Positions 25,393 to 33,917 of a stretch of 64,000 bases of DNA are shown here, one piece after another. Positions within the stretch are counted from its first letter, which is position 1. The number at the start of each line of letters is the position of its first letter. Under the pieces are notes generated by a model, which did not search any database, was not told where the DNA came from, and saw only the letters and a list, made by a program, of their open reading frames with translations. A program made the translations under genes and the position numbers. Origin of the DNA: Candidatus Poribacteria bacterium. Its GTDB lineage: Bacteria > Poribacteria > WGA-4E > JAJDTR01. The stretch lies in the NCBI GenBank assembly GCA_965204085.1, contig CBDBEE010000003.1, positions 1,068,173 through 1,132,172 on the forward strand, read 5' to 3'.

Positions 25393-25839
25393 TCAGTCGT
25401 CCAAGGTTTCGGAGTGTTGACAGGTACGGCAAAGGTGACGATTAACGAGGTGGGCGCTCATAAGAAGGAGACCACCAATAACCGTGAAGATGACTTCGGC
25501 GTTTTCTGAAACGCCTAATCGTGCAATAATGATTAGCAGCAAGGCGCCGCCTAGTATCAAAAATACGCGTCGTTTTCGATGGTTTCGAAAGCCCCAAGCG
25601 AGACTGCCTACCGCGATTCCGCTGGCTGAAGCAACCATCACCAGTTCGGTGGACTCGGCCAAAATGAATCCAAGTCCAATGAGCGGCAGCACAGTTATTA
25701 ACAACGGGGCAGCCATGCAATGGACGGCACAAGCAAATGAGAGGCATGCACCGACGTTATCTACGGTCGAATGATTCAGATGTCTGTTCATTTTTTCCCC
25801 TGTGTCAGGCAGTCTTGTTGGCTGCGTTGCTTTCGGCAT
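25393..25839 (-). CDS. MerC-family-like inner-membrane metal transporter
   Basis: Four TM segments. The first carries CLSFACAVHCMAAPLL (MerC-like Cys/His motif). C-terminal HLCRTCQH. Its stop is 12 nt upstream of the ABC ATPase start. The start may be the internal ATG (MNRHL). Confidence 0.55.
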   Translation of the reverse strand: MPKATQPTRLPDTGEKMNRHLNHSTVDNVGACLSFACAVHCMAAPLLITVLPLIGLGFILAESTELVMVASASGIAVGSLAWGFRNHRKRRVFLILGGALLLIIIARLGVSENAEVIFTVIGGLLLMSAHLVNRHLCRTCQHSETLDD

Positions 25840-25903
25840 ATAGAATGCGCAAAACGCAATCGATGTACCGCTATCATGTCTTGCGCATTCAGATTGTTGT
25901 TCT

Positions 25904-26452
25904 TTATGGACTCACTGTTACCGGAATCGGCAACGCCGCCGTGAAGTCGGCATGGTCCCCGTGAAACAGTTCGAGTTTGATTCCGGTTTGTCCGGCTCGA
26001 CGTCCAATTACCTCAAAGGCGAATTCGTCATCGTGGTGATCTTCCTCGTCATCGTGATCATCTTCTTCTTCGTGGTCTTCGGGAAGGTGAATTTCAATAA
26101 TCGACGTATCGTACTCGGATAGCACCAAGCCGAATGCCTCTTCCTCATCATGGCCGTGGCCCTCCTCTTCCTCCTCGTCGTGGTGATCCTCCGCAAAGGA
26201 AATTTCTTCGCTGTCGTGATTTATGAACACGACGTGCACATCAAGTTCATCTCCAACCTTTAGGGAGATTCCGCCGGTTTCCGTTCCCTGGAATTGACGG
26301 TAGACCTCTTTCTCGTCAACTTCGAGAATAAAACCATCGGCATCGACGTGCATTTCATCGTCATGTTCGTCATCTTCGCCCTCTCCGCACGCGATTAGTA
26401 GCATGGAAAGAGCAAGAAACAATATTGGTAGTTTGAAATACTGCTTAATCAT
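25904..26452 (-). CDS. Acidic, His-rich lipoprotein (putative metal-binding)
   Basis: MIKQYFKLPILFLALSMLLIACGEG lipobox. Runs of D/E/H (DHHDEEEEEGHGHDEEE, EDHEEEDDHDDEEDHHDDE). GGAGGA RBS before ATG 26452. Confidence 0.65.
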   Translation of the reverse strand: MIKQYFKLPILFLALSMLLIACGEGEDDEHDDEMHVDADGFILEVDEKEVYRQFQGTETGGISLKVGDELDVHVVFINHDSEEISFAEDHHDEEEEEGHGHDEEEAFGLVLSEYDTSIIEIHLPEDHEEEDDHDDEEDHHDDEFAFEVIGRRAGQTGIKLELFHGDHADFTAALPIPVTVSP

Positions 26453-26605
26453 GTTGTCCTCCAAATAGAAATAGATTGTGTTCCCGGCATAAAGACTGAC
26501 GGGTAAGTAGATACAGTCAGACGATCATTAAGGTTACCTAAAATTCACCGGGGAATAGGTAGAAATAACTTGGGAAAAAACCGAATTGTAGATAAAACTG
26601 GCGGA

Positions 26606-26914
26606 TTAAGCGGCGGAGGCTGGTGGGGCACGGCTACGGACATTGCTAACTATAGCCGTGGATATAAAAGTCGGGTCGAAAGGCGAATGAATTGAAGTGC
26701 GAAGACCGTGATTGGAAAGACTTTCAGCGTGGTACGCAATACCGAGGTGGTTCGCAATGAAAAAGCAGGTAGAACAATCGTGCGATGCGGAATGCTCGTG
26801 TTCATCGTCGTGATCGTGTACAATTCCGGCAATGGCAACCGTTATCAGATAATAACAGATACCCATCGCAATCACGCAACCGGTAAGATTGATGTAGTTT
26901 CGATTGATCCGCAA
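26606..26914 (-). CDS. Cys/His-rich single-pass membrane mini-protein (paralog B)
   Basis: GCVIAMGICYYLITVAIAGIVHDHDDEHEHSASHDCSTCFFIANHLGIAYHAE. Paralog of 20262..20570 and first gene of the minus-strand operon. Confidence 0.65.
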   Translation of the reverse strand: MRINRNYINLTGCVIAMGICYYLITVAIAGIVHDHDDEHEHSASHDCSTCFFIANHLGIAYHAESLSNHGLRTSIHSPFDPTFISTAIVSNVRSRAPPASAA

Positions 26915-27252
26915 CGCCGTTTACCCTTTCAGAAGTGCGCTGTTTCAGAATTAAGGATATTATTCTAGCACGAGCAGACAGGCTTTGTCCAATTTATTGG
27001 TTAGGACTTATGCAGCGTGTCCATTAGTCCCCTGATAAGGGGATTTAGAGGTTTAAAAACAAAAATCTAACCTTGTGTGCCAAACTTACGTATGTTATGT
27101 TATAACATAACCAAGTCAAAGTCAAGTCAAATATAGAATCTTCTAGGGTCATTTAATTCTCCCGTATTTCGATTTCCCGGTCAAGGCTACTGCGGGGCAA
27201 GATGCCCCTCCTTCGGATTCGGGTTGTTCCAAAATCAGTCAAAAAACGGAAA

Positions 27253-27452
27253 ATTATACTCCGCACTGTCAGAAATTGCGTCTTCTGTAGGATCAAACGA
27301 GCGGATAGCGAGTGCGATAGAGATCTCGCGATCTCCAGGTCGCGACCTTTGTACGAGGGAACTCCGATTCCTGACCTGATGGCGCTACGTAGGTCCTATT
27401 AGAAACAATTATCACTGGAAAAGAAAGCGCAATAATACCCAACGCAGAGTAT
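27253..27452. repeat. Family-C long MITE-like element, direct copy, carrying a nested 35-nt family-D insertion
   Basis: Collinear with the reverse complement of 21101..21268, except for the extra tcaaacgagcggatagcgagtgcgatagagatctc at 27293-27327, inside the core hairpin. Confidence 0.8.
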
Positions 27453-27753
27453 AAATAGCCCTATGGAATCTTCTAGGTAGGTGGTTGTCTCTTTTCGGAA
27501 AGATTGATGCTTGTCATAACTGCAAAATATGACACATTTTAATTGATTGCGTAAGTTCTATTGGTATCAAAAGTCGGATGATCCAAAGAATGAGATTGCG
27601 GTTTACGAGTAGTGGGGAATACCCATCCGACAACCCTCTCAGGATTAGATGTGATTACCTTTGATGGGAGGTTTGAGTTTCTTGACAATCGGACGGCAAT
27701 GGCTTATGCTACGTATCATAAAATTCTACTTAACGAAAGGACGGTAATGTATT

Positions 27754-28440
27754 GTGTATCACTTTGTTTCTGTTGTAATGTTTGTTTGTATTTTGACAAT
27801 TGCAAGTTTTTCGGTGCTTGAGGACAGCCATGCGGGTGAAGACGCCTCCGAAAAAACTCGCATTCCGAGCTGGTTTCGAGTTGACACCGACGCCTTGGGA
27901 ACGCATTTTCTGATTGGGGCTACCCATTCGATGGGAGGTGTTTCGCTAGAGTCTAATATTTTCATTGACGATACTCTCGGCGAGTTTGACCTCGGCGTCT
28001 CAATCCCCGCTGTCAGCGGGGATAGTTTTAGTCTCACGCTGCTGCCCATGCTCGGACTCGGGTTTGACTATAAAGCGCCGGATGGGCCTTCCGCCATCTT
28101 TCCACATCTGTTTGTGTTTTTACCCGCCGGCAAAATCTTTTTCAAATCGTGGACGATTGGGTCCATCCATTCTGTATTCGACGAGGAAAGGGATAACGAA
28201 GTCTACACGCGCAATTATCTCACTTACTCCCTTAACAGGACTGTTGCGGTTGGCCCGCAGTTCGAAACCGTAGTGGGTTTGGGCGATAAGAGGACGGTTT
28301 TCAGCCAGATTCTCGGTGTACGGATCAATATCGGATACGGCGAGAATAACACGCTCGGCATCCTTGCCGGGTATGATACCAAGAAAACGGAGGAACAATC
28401 GGGCTTAACGGGTAGGTTGAGTTTTACGCGCAGGTGGTAG
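27754..28440 (+). CDS. Hypothetical secreted protein, possibly a small outer-membrane beta-barrel
   Basis: Signal peptide, alternating hydrophobic pattern, C-terminal ...GRLSFTRRW ending in an aromatic residue. Confidence 0.35.
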   Translation: MYHFVSVVMFVCILTIASFSVLEDSHAGEDASEKTRIPSWFRVDTDALGTHFLIGATHSMGGVSLESNIFIDDTLGEFDLGVSIPAVSGDSFSLTLLPMLGLGFDYKAPDGPSAIFPHLFVFLPAGKIFFKSWTIGSIHSVFDEERDNEVYTRNYLTYSLNRTVAVGPQFETVVGLGDKRTVFSQILGVRINIGYGENNTLGILAGYDTKKTEEQSGLTGRLSFTRRW

Positions 28441-28524
28441 TGTTATGTCTTTCTCTTAATTTCTACGAGCGTGCGTACGGGAAGAAGCAGAATTTTGATG
28501 AAGGAACTCGGTATCGCCTTGACA

Positions 28525-30102
28525 CTATTTTACAATCACCATCCGCTTCATCTGATCGAAGGTTGGGGTGGACAAGTGGTAGAAATAGATTCCGTTTGAG
28601 ACCTGCTCGCCACTGTTATTGCGGCCATCCCAATAGGCGGCGCGTTCTCGAGTAGAATACTCTCCCGCGGTTTGTTCGCCCAGATCCAACTGCCGCATCA
28701 ATTGCCCGTGAACATTGTAAATGCGAAGCGTAGCGTCGGCGTCGGCACTCAAACGATACGGGATCCAGGTTTCCGGGTTAAACGGATTGGGGAAGTTTTG
28801 CAGCAGCGCCGTCTGCTTGACCCGAGCCAGCGTCGTGACTTTCAATCCAAACAGATCCACGGCAAACGGAGGCGTTCCAAAATCCTCAATGCTGTTATAG
28901 ATGTATGCGGCGTGCCCGTCGCCATTTGGTTTCCCGTCGTGGTTCAGAAAGGGACCGCTATGGGACGCAATAGCCACGGAGTTCTCGCTCATGGAGATCG
29001 CGGAGCCGAAGTGTATATCTTTGGCGCCATCTTCCGGTACGACAGTAACTTTTTCTGCCCAAACCCCGTCGGTTCGAACGAAGGAATAGGCGGCTCCCGA
29101 ACCTCTTGCCGGGTCGTTATGTCCAGGAGCCCCAACGATAACAATGCTCCCGGTGGTTGCGACGCCAAATCCAAAATTGAAGTTCTTTTTTAATTTACCG
29201 GGCGTGAGTTTGGCTTGAAACTTCCAACTTGCTCCGTCGAGCGCGAAGACGTAGGCGGCTCCCGAATCAGTCCCGCCTTCGGAGTCGCGAAACGGCGCTC
29301 CGACCACAATGGTCTTTCCGCCCATGCTGACCGAACTTCCGAACCGGTCGGCTTTCGCGGCATCGGCAGCCACGAGTTTGGCTTGTTCTGCCCACTGAGC
29401 TCCCCTACGCACGAAAACGTAAGCCGCACCGGTAAACCTCGCGCCGCTATGGGTGTGTCCGTTCGCGCCAACCACGGCGGTGTTGCCATGAAGGAAGACA
29501 GATGCGCCGAAAGCATCTCCGCCCGCCAGATCCGAGCCAACTAGCTTCGCCTGCTTCCTCCACGCTGTACCTTCACGGAAGAATACGTAGGCTGATCCGG
29601 AGTCTCTACCTGCGTCATCGTCCTTTGGGACACCGACAATGGCGGTATTCCTGTCAATCGCTACAGAATATCCGAAATTGTCCGCTTTAGTCGGATCGTC
29701 TGCCCCCAGTTTCGCTCGCTGATCCCAGTTTTTGCCCCTCCGAACATAGACAAAGGCTGAACCTGACGTTTCTGTGCCAGCATCGTCATGAGGAACACCG
29801 ATGATCAGGCTGTCGCTGCTGACGGCGACCGACCATCCGACGCTGCCCCCGCCTCGAGGGATGAGTTCCGCTTGTTTTGCCCAGTTTTTTCCATCGAATG
29901 CAAAGACTGTCGCAACGTTTTGAGAAATTGATCCAACAATCACAGTGTTTCCGCTGATAGCGGCGGACAGTTGAGATCCGATGTCGTTGTCGTCGTCGGC
30001 AACCAACTTGATGCCTTGTTTTAACGCCAAAGCGGTATGTGTGAAGGTTGCCAACGCGAAGCCAAGGATTAGACCAAGCAGAATTGACTTTACGTGTTTC
30101 AC
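28525..30102 (-). CDS. FG-GAP/integrin-alpha-like repeat protein with FlgD/T9SS-like C-terminal sorting domain
   Basis: Seven or more repeats of the type D.FG.SVA..GNTA.VGA..DD.....SGAAYVF.R.G..W..QAKL. C-terminus LLQNFPNPFNPETWIPYRL...NGIYFYHL. Confidence 0.8.
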   Translation of the reverse strand: MKHVKSILLGLILGFALATFTHTALALKQGIKLVADDDNDIGSQLSAAISGNTVIVGSISQNVATVFAFDGKNWAKQAELIPRGGGSVGWSVAVSSDSLIIGVPHDDAGTETSGSAFVYVRRGKNWDQRAKLGADDPTKADNFGYSVAIDRNTAIVGVPKDDDAGRDSGSAYVFFREGTAWRKQAKLVGSDLAGGDAFGASVFLHGNTAVVGANGHTHSGARFTGAAYVFVRRGAQWAEQAKLVAADAAKADRFGSSVSMGGKTIVVGAPFRDSEGGTDSGAAYVFALDGASWKFQAKLTPGKLKKNFNFGFGVATTGSIVIVGAPGHNDPARGSGAAYSFVRTDGVWAEKVTVVPEDGAKDIHFGSAISMSENSVAIASHSGPFLNHDGKPNGDGHAAYIYNSIEDFGTPPFAVDLFGLKVTTLARVKQTALLQNFPNPFNPETWIPYRLSADADATLRIYNVHGQLMRQLDLGEQTAGEYSTRERAAYWDGRNNSGEQVSNGIYFYHLSTPTFDQMKRMVIVK

Positions 30103-30322
30103 TGAAATCTCCTTTTGATGTTGGTCGATGTTAGGACGATTTAGCGGCTGTTTATTTTGACCACGATTTCATGAGTATAGAGTTCGATGGCTGGGCATAT
30201 GGAATTCCGCGAGTGACTCAATAGGATCCTTGCATCTGTCCGTGCGTTGGCGCAACCTCGGAGTCGATTAAAGAATAAATTTTATAACGGCGGACCAAGA
30301 GCACGAGAAACGAGCGCATAAA

Positions 30323-30562
30323 TCAACCGCTTTCTTTTTTCGTTGCTGGCAGTGATGTGATGATAGCTCGCAGCATATGATTAACAGATTCGGCAGATTT
30401 GAATACGGCGGCGACATCAGCATCAAGACAGACCATTAGCCGGTCTTGTCCAAGCTTACCCGCGAAACGGTTAGGCTTTGCTTGATCGTAGTTGAACGAA
30501 TACTCAGCCTGCTTGCCACCTTCTGCGCTAGCATCAAGCTCAACCGATTTGGTATTTTTCAT
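30323..30562 (-). CDS. Small antitoxin-like protein (ribbon-helix-helix/BrnA-like C-terminus)
   Basis: EYSFNYDQAKPNRFAGKL...VCLDADVAAVFKSAESVNHMLRAII matches the eydF..a.pNpya..l...v.LdpDva.vF...e.VN..LR pattern of small antitoxins. Confidence 0.45.
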   Translation of the reverse strand: MKNTKSVELDASAEGGKQAEYSFNYDQAKPNRFAGKLGQDRLMVCLDADVAAVFKSAESVNHMLRAIITSLPATKKESG

Positions 30563-30665
30563 TTTCCTCAGTGTGTTCTATTGTCGGCTTGACACGTCTC
30601 TTGACAGATTGGTCACGGACGCGCTTGAGATCTCTTACAAAACTGCTTCTAAACTCAACTTTCAA
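30540..30665 (-). pseudogene. Truncated RelE/ParE-family toxin remnant
   Basis: A TTG start overlaps the stop of the upstream 69-aa gene (TTGA). The translation LKVEFRSSFVRDLKRVRDQSVKRRVKPTIEHTEENEKYQIG* matches only the first ~40 residues of RelE/ParE toxins. Confidence 0.5.
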
Positions 30666-30871
30666 GATTCACTTTCTACGATTTGGAAGACTTCATCTTT
30701 ACCTACAATCTCTGTGTTTTCGCCTTCTTTGATTGCGTTCGCCAAAGCGATGTCTTCAAGAACCTCGGAAAAAACGTCATACAACAAATCCCTTCGCTCC
30801 TGTAGTAATTCAGCGAACGCTTGTTTAAACACTTCCTTGAGTTGATTCTCGTTCTCAATTATTTGTTGCAT
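30662..30871 (-). CDS. Small antitoxin-like protein
   Basis: 69 aa, with LEDIALANAIKEGENTEIVGKDEVFQIV, as in small antitoxins found upstream of RelE/ParE-type toxins. Confidence 0.45.
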   Translation of the reverse strand: MQQIIENENQLKEVFKQAFAELLQERRDLLYDVFSEVLEDIALANAIKEGENTEIVGKDEVFQIVESES

Positions 30872-30958
30872 AACTCGCTCCTAACCTGCCAAAAAATAAA
30901 GCGTGACAAACCTTGCTTCAGTCTGCCACGCTTTACCCTAATCCAACACCTGACTCTG

Positions 30959-33412
30959 TTATTCGCCCTTGCGAATCACCAGACGGTAATGTTGCCCAAT
31001 CTTCTTCGTGTCCGTAATGTCGTGCCCATCATTCGTCAGGCTCTTCGGCACGTTCTCAATCGGTTCGCCATCGTCAATAGTGATTTCTAGGAGTTGGCCG
31101 ACATCCATCGTCTCCAAACGAATTTTCGCTCGCACGTAATTGAATGGACACGCCACTCCTTTCAGATCAAGGCTGTCCACAATCTTCTCAACAGTTTCCA
31201 CTTTCGGCGGAGCCTCCGGAATACGTGCGGGACTTGCCTCACGCCGTTTGCGTGCGCCTCGACTTTGTTGCCGCTCCTCCTCTTGGCGGATTTGCATCCG
31301 ATTATAGACGTTGTGCGCTTCCTCTACAAAAAGCGTCGCCTCCTCGACCCGCTGATGCGTCAATTCGGCGTTGAGATTGTCCGTGCCCTCTTCGACAGCT
31401 TTGAAGATGTGTGCACCAAAACCGGCAAAGACAATTCCCGGTTCGAAAAACCGGTTCCGAAATTCCGAAACCGTTGATTCGTCATCGACATATTGCAAGC
31501 CCTCTGTCGTTAGCAAGCCATCGGCGGCCCGAATCATGCCTTCAAAGGCACGAGTTGCGGACTCGACAAACTCCTCACGTTCAAGCAGCAGCCCGGCTTC
31601 ATAAAGCAGACGGTCAGCTTCCTCAAGTTTGAATGATACAAGTTCGACTAATTGTCCCGCGCATTCGCCGACGCCGGTCTTGAGCTGAAACTCCTTCGTA
31701 TCGCCGGTGTCAACGTAGTAGCTGGAATCTTCCTCATAGGTCGGGATTTTGTCGTACTTCGAGAGCACCTTCTTGATTTCAACTTTCCCCAACCGCTCAA
31801 TATAGGTGGTGAAAGTTTCGGCTTCATCTCGCTCATCAAGATACCTATCTGTCATCTCCTTGATAAACTCGGGGATATACTTGCCGTGAATCTTGCCGTT
31901 CGGAAGTCCGTAAGAGCCCGCATTATCAACGGCATGTCCCCCTAGTAGCACTTGGTAATACGGAGCAATATGGTCGCCAAGCCGCCGCGATGAGCCAAAG
32001 AAACCGAAATTGGCGATGTGGTGTTGACCGCATGAATTCGGGCAACCGCTAATCTTGATTCGCAAATCCTCCAGTTCGGATTTTACACCGGTCTGGATGA
32101 AATGGTCTCTCAAGTGTGCCGCCAAACCGCGTGAAGACGACACGCCTAATTTACAAGAATCGGTGCCCGGGCATGCTGTAATATCAACGGTTGATTCCGC
32201 ACCGGCATCGCCCAAACCCACAGCTTTCAATTCACGATAGAGTGCCGGAAGGTCGGTCATCGTGACCCAACGCAGCACAAGATTTTGTTCCACGGTTGTG
32301 CGAACCGTCTCCTTGACATATCGGCGAGCAATGTCCGCCAGCACCCGAGTTTGGTCAGCGGTAATGTCTCCCAACGGAAGCGTAATCGTAACAAACGCAT
32401 AACCGGGTTGGCGCTGCGATTGGACATTCGAGGCGTACCACTCCTCGAATCCTTCAGGCTTCGTGACCCCGTTCAGTTGCGTGGGGGGCTTCAACGGTTC
32501 CTCGTCATACGCATTGAGATGTTCAAGATGGCTTGTCCACGCGGGGTCGTGACGCAACTTTTCGCGCTCCTCAAGCACAAGACGTCGGAACTCGTCAATC
32601 CCGAGTTTCCCCACAACGAACTTCATCCGTGCTTTGTTTCGGTTTTTCCGCTCGCCAAGCCGAGCAAATACCTTTGAGATCGCCTGCGAAATCGGGAGCA
32701 GTTCCTCCTCCGGCAAAAACTCATCGAATACCTTTGCTTGATGGGGTACCGCGCCAAGCCCGCCGCCAACGAGAAGTTTGAATCCACGTTTCGGTTTGCC
32801 ATCAACCTCTTTGATAACCGCAACTGCGCCGATGTCGTGCATGTACCCTAAACCGCAGGCATGTTCATGGCAGCCGGAGAACGCAATCTTGAATTTCCGT
32901 CCGAAATCTTGGGCATCAGGGTGTCCCAACAAGAACGCCGAGAGTGCCTTCGAATGCGGCGTGACATCGAACGCTTCGTCATGACATACGCCGGAAAGCG
33001 GGCAAGCCGTAACGTTTCGAACCACATTCCCGCACGCTTCCTTTGTTGTAATGCCGACGGACGCGAGTCGCCGCATCAACTCCGGCGTGTGATTAATGTC
33101 AACGTAGTGATATTGTACATCTTGTCGCGTTGTGATGTGGATAATGTTGTCCGACATCTCTTCGGCGATATCGGCGAGCATCTCGAGTTGTGCCGCGTTC
33201 AAACCGCCGAACGGAATCTTCACACGAATCATTTGTGATTGATTGTCGCGTTGTCCGTATACTCCATGACGCAGTCTGAACTCGGTGAAAACTTCCTCCA
33301 GCACGTCGCCATCTTGGAAGCGATTAAGCTGTGTTTCAAAAATCTCAATCGCGCGGCTATCGTCTTCGGGAATTGCGTCTATGTTATAAGGCATTACCGC
33401 TCCCGTCGCCAT
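30959..33412 (-). CDS. Assimilatory ferredoxin-type sulfite (or nitrite) reductase hemoprotein fused to a helical linker domain and a C-terminal TusA/SirA-like domain
   Basis: Two NIR_SIR repeats. Siroheme/[4Fe-4S] Cys cluster (ACPGTDSCKLG ... SGCPNSCGQHH). C-terminal LKGVACPFNYVRAKIRLETMDVGQLLEITIDDGEPIENVPKSL is TusA-like. AAGGAG RBS before ATG 33412. Confidence 0.8.
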   Translation of the reverse strand: MATGAVMPYNIDAIPEDDSRAIEIFETQLNRFQDGDVLEEVFTEFRLRHGVYGQRDNQSQMIRVKIPFGGLNAAQLEMLADIAEEMSDNIIHITTRQDVQYHYVDINHTPELMRRLASVGITTKEACGNVVRNVTACPLSGVCHDEAFDVTPHSKALSAFLLGHPDAQDFGRKFKIAFSGCHEHACGLGYMHDIGAVAVIKEVDGKPKRGFKLLVGGGLGAVPHQAKVFDEFLPEEELLPISQAISKVFARLGERKNRNKARMKFVVGKLGIDEFRRLVLEEREKLRHDPAWTSHLEHLNAYDEEPLKPPTQLNGVTKPEGFEEWYASNVQSQRQPGYAFVTITLPLGDITADQTRVLADIARRYVKETVRTTVEQNLVLRWVTMTDLPALYRELKAVGLGDAGAESTVDITACPGTDSCKLGVSSSRGLAAHLRDHFIQTGVKSELEDLRIKISGCPNSCGQHHIANFGFFGSSRRLGDHIAPYYQVLLGGHAVDNAGSYGLPNGKIHGKYIPEFIKEMTDRYLDERDEAETFTTYIERLGKVEIKKVLSKYDKIPTYEEDSSYYVDTGDTKEFQLKTGVGECAGQLVELVSFKLEEADRLLYEAGLLLEREEFVESATRAFEGMIRAADGLLTTEGLQYVDDESTVSEFRNRFFEPGIVFAGFGAHIFKAVEEGTDNLNAELTHQRVEEATLFVEEAHNVYNRMQIRQEEERQQSRGARKRREASPARIPEAPPKVETVEKIVDSLDLKGVACPFNYVRAKIRLETMDVGQLLEITIDDGEPIENVPKSLTNDGHDITDTKKIGQHYRLVIRKGE

Positions 33413-33917
33413 TTCTTTCTCCTTAAATAGTAACAATCGTGGCGGTGTTAATGAAAAGTGGGACGACCCTTTGCAGATCTCAAAATCGGATTGTACAAGC
33501 CTGCCGGTAAAAATTGAAGGCGACTAGTTTAGTCGGGTTTACGTATAAAATAGTAGACTAATTTGATTATATTTTGCTCGACTATAGTATAATATAATTG
33601 TGTCCGCAAATCAAACTTTATTTAGTCGGGTGAATACTTTTCACGCAGATATTCGATAGTTTCTCGGCATGAATTTGGGTCGGCGGAAAACCAAAAAATC
33701 GTCTGCAAAGTTTACGCACTGACCGACGTAACGAATGGAAGGATTCGACATGAAGCCGAGGCAGGTGGATTAAAAGCGCGTGAACCCCAACGACGGGCAG
33801 GACAAAACTTGTGGAGCACTAACTATCGGTAATGTTCAGGATTGCTCGCACACGTCGTTTTGCTCTGGAAGGACTGTTCCCATTCTCTATCGACGAACTT
33901 CAACTCGACCCAAATCT

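Noticed and set aside
27612-27927. Short overlapping ORFs 27612..27821 and 27730..27927
   Set aside because: They overlap the 5' end of the better-supported signal-peptide ORF 27754..28440 and have implausible composition.
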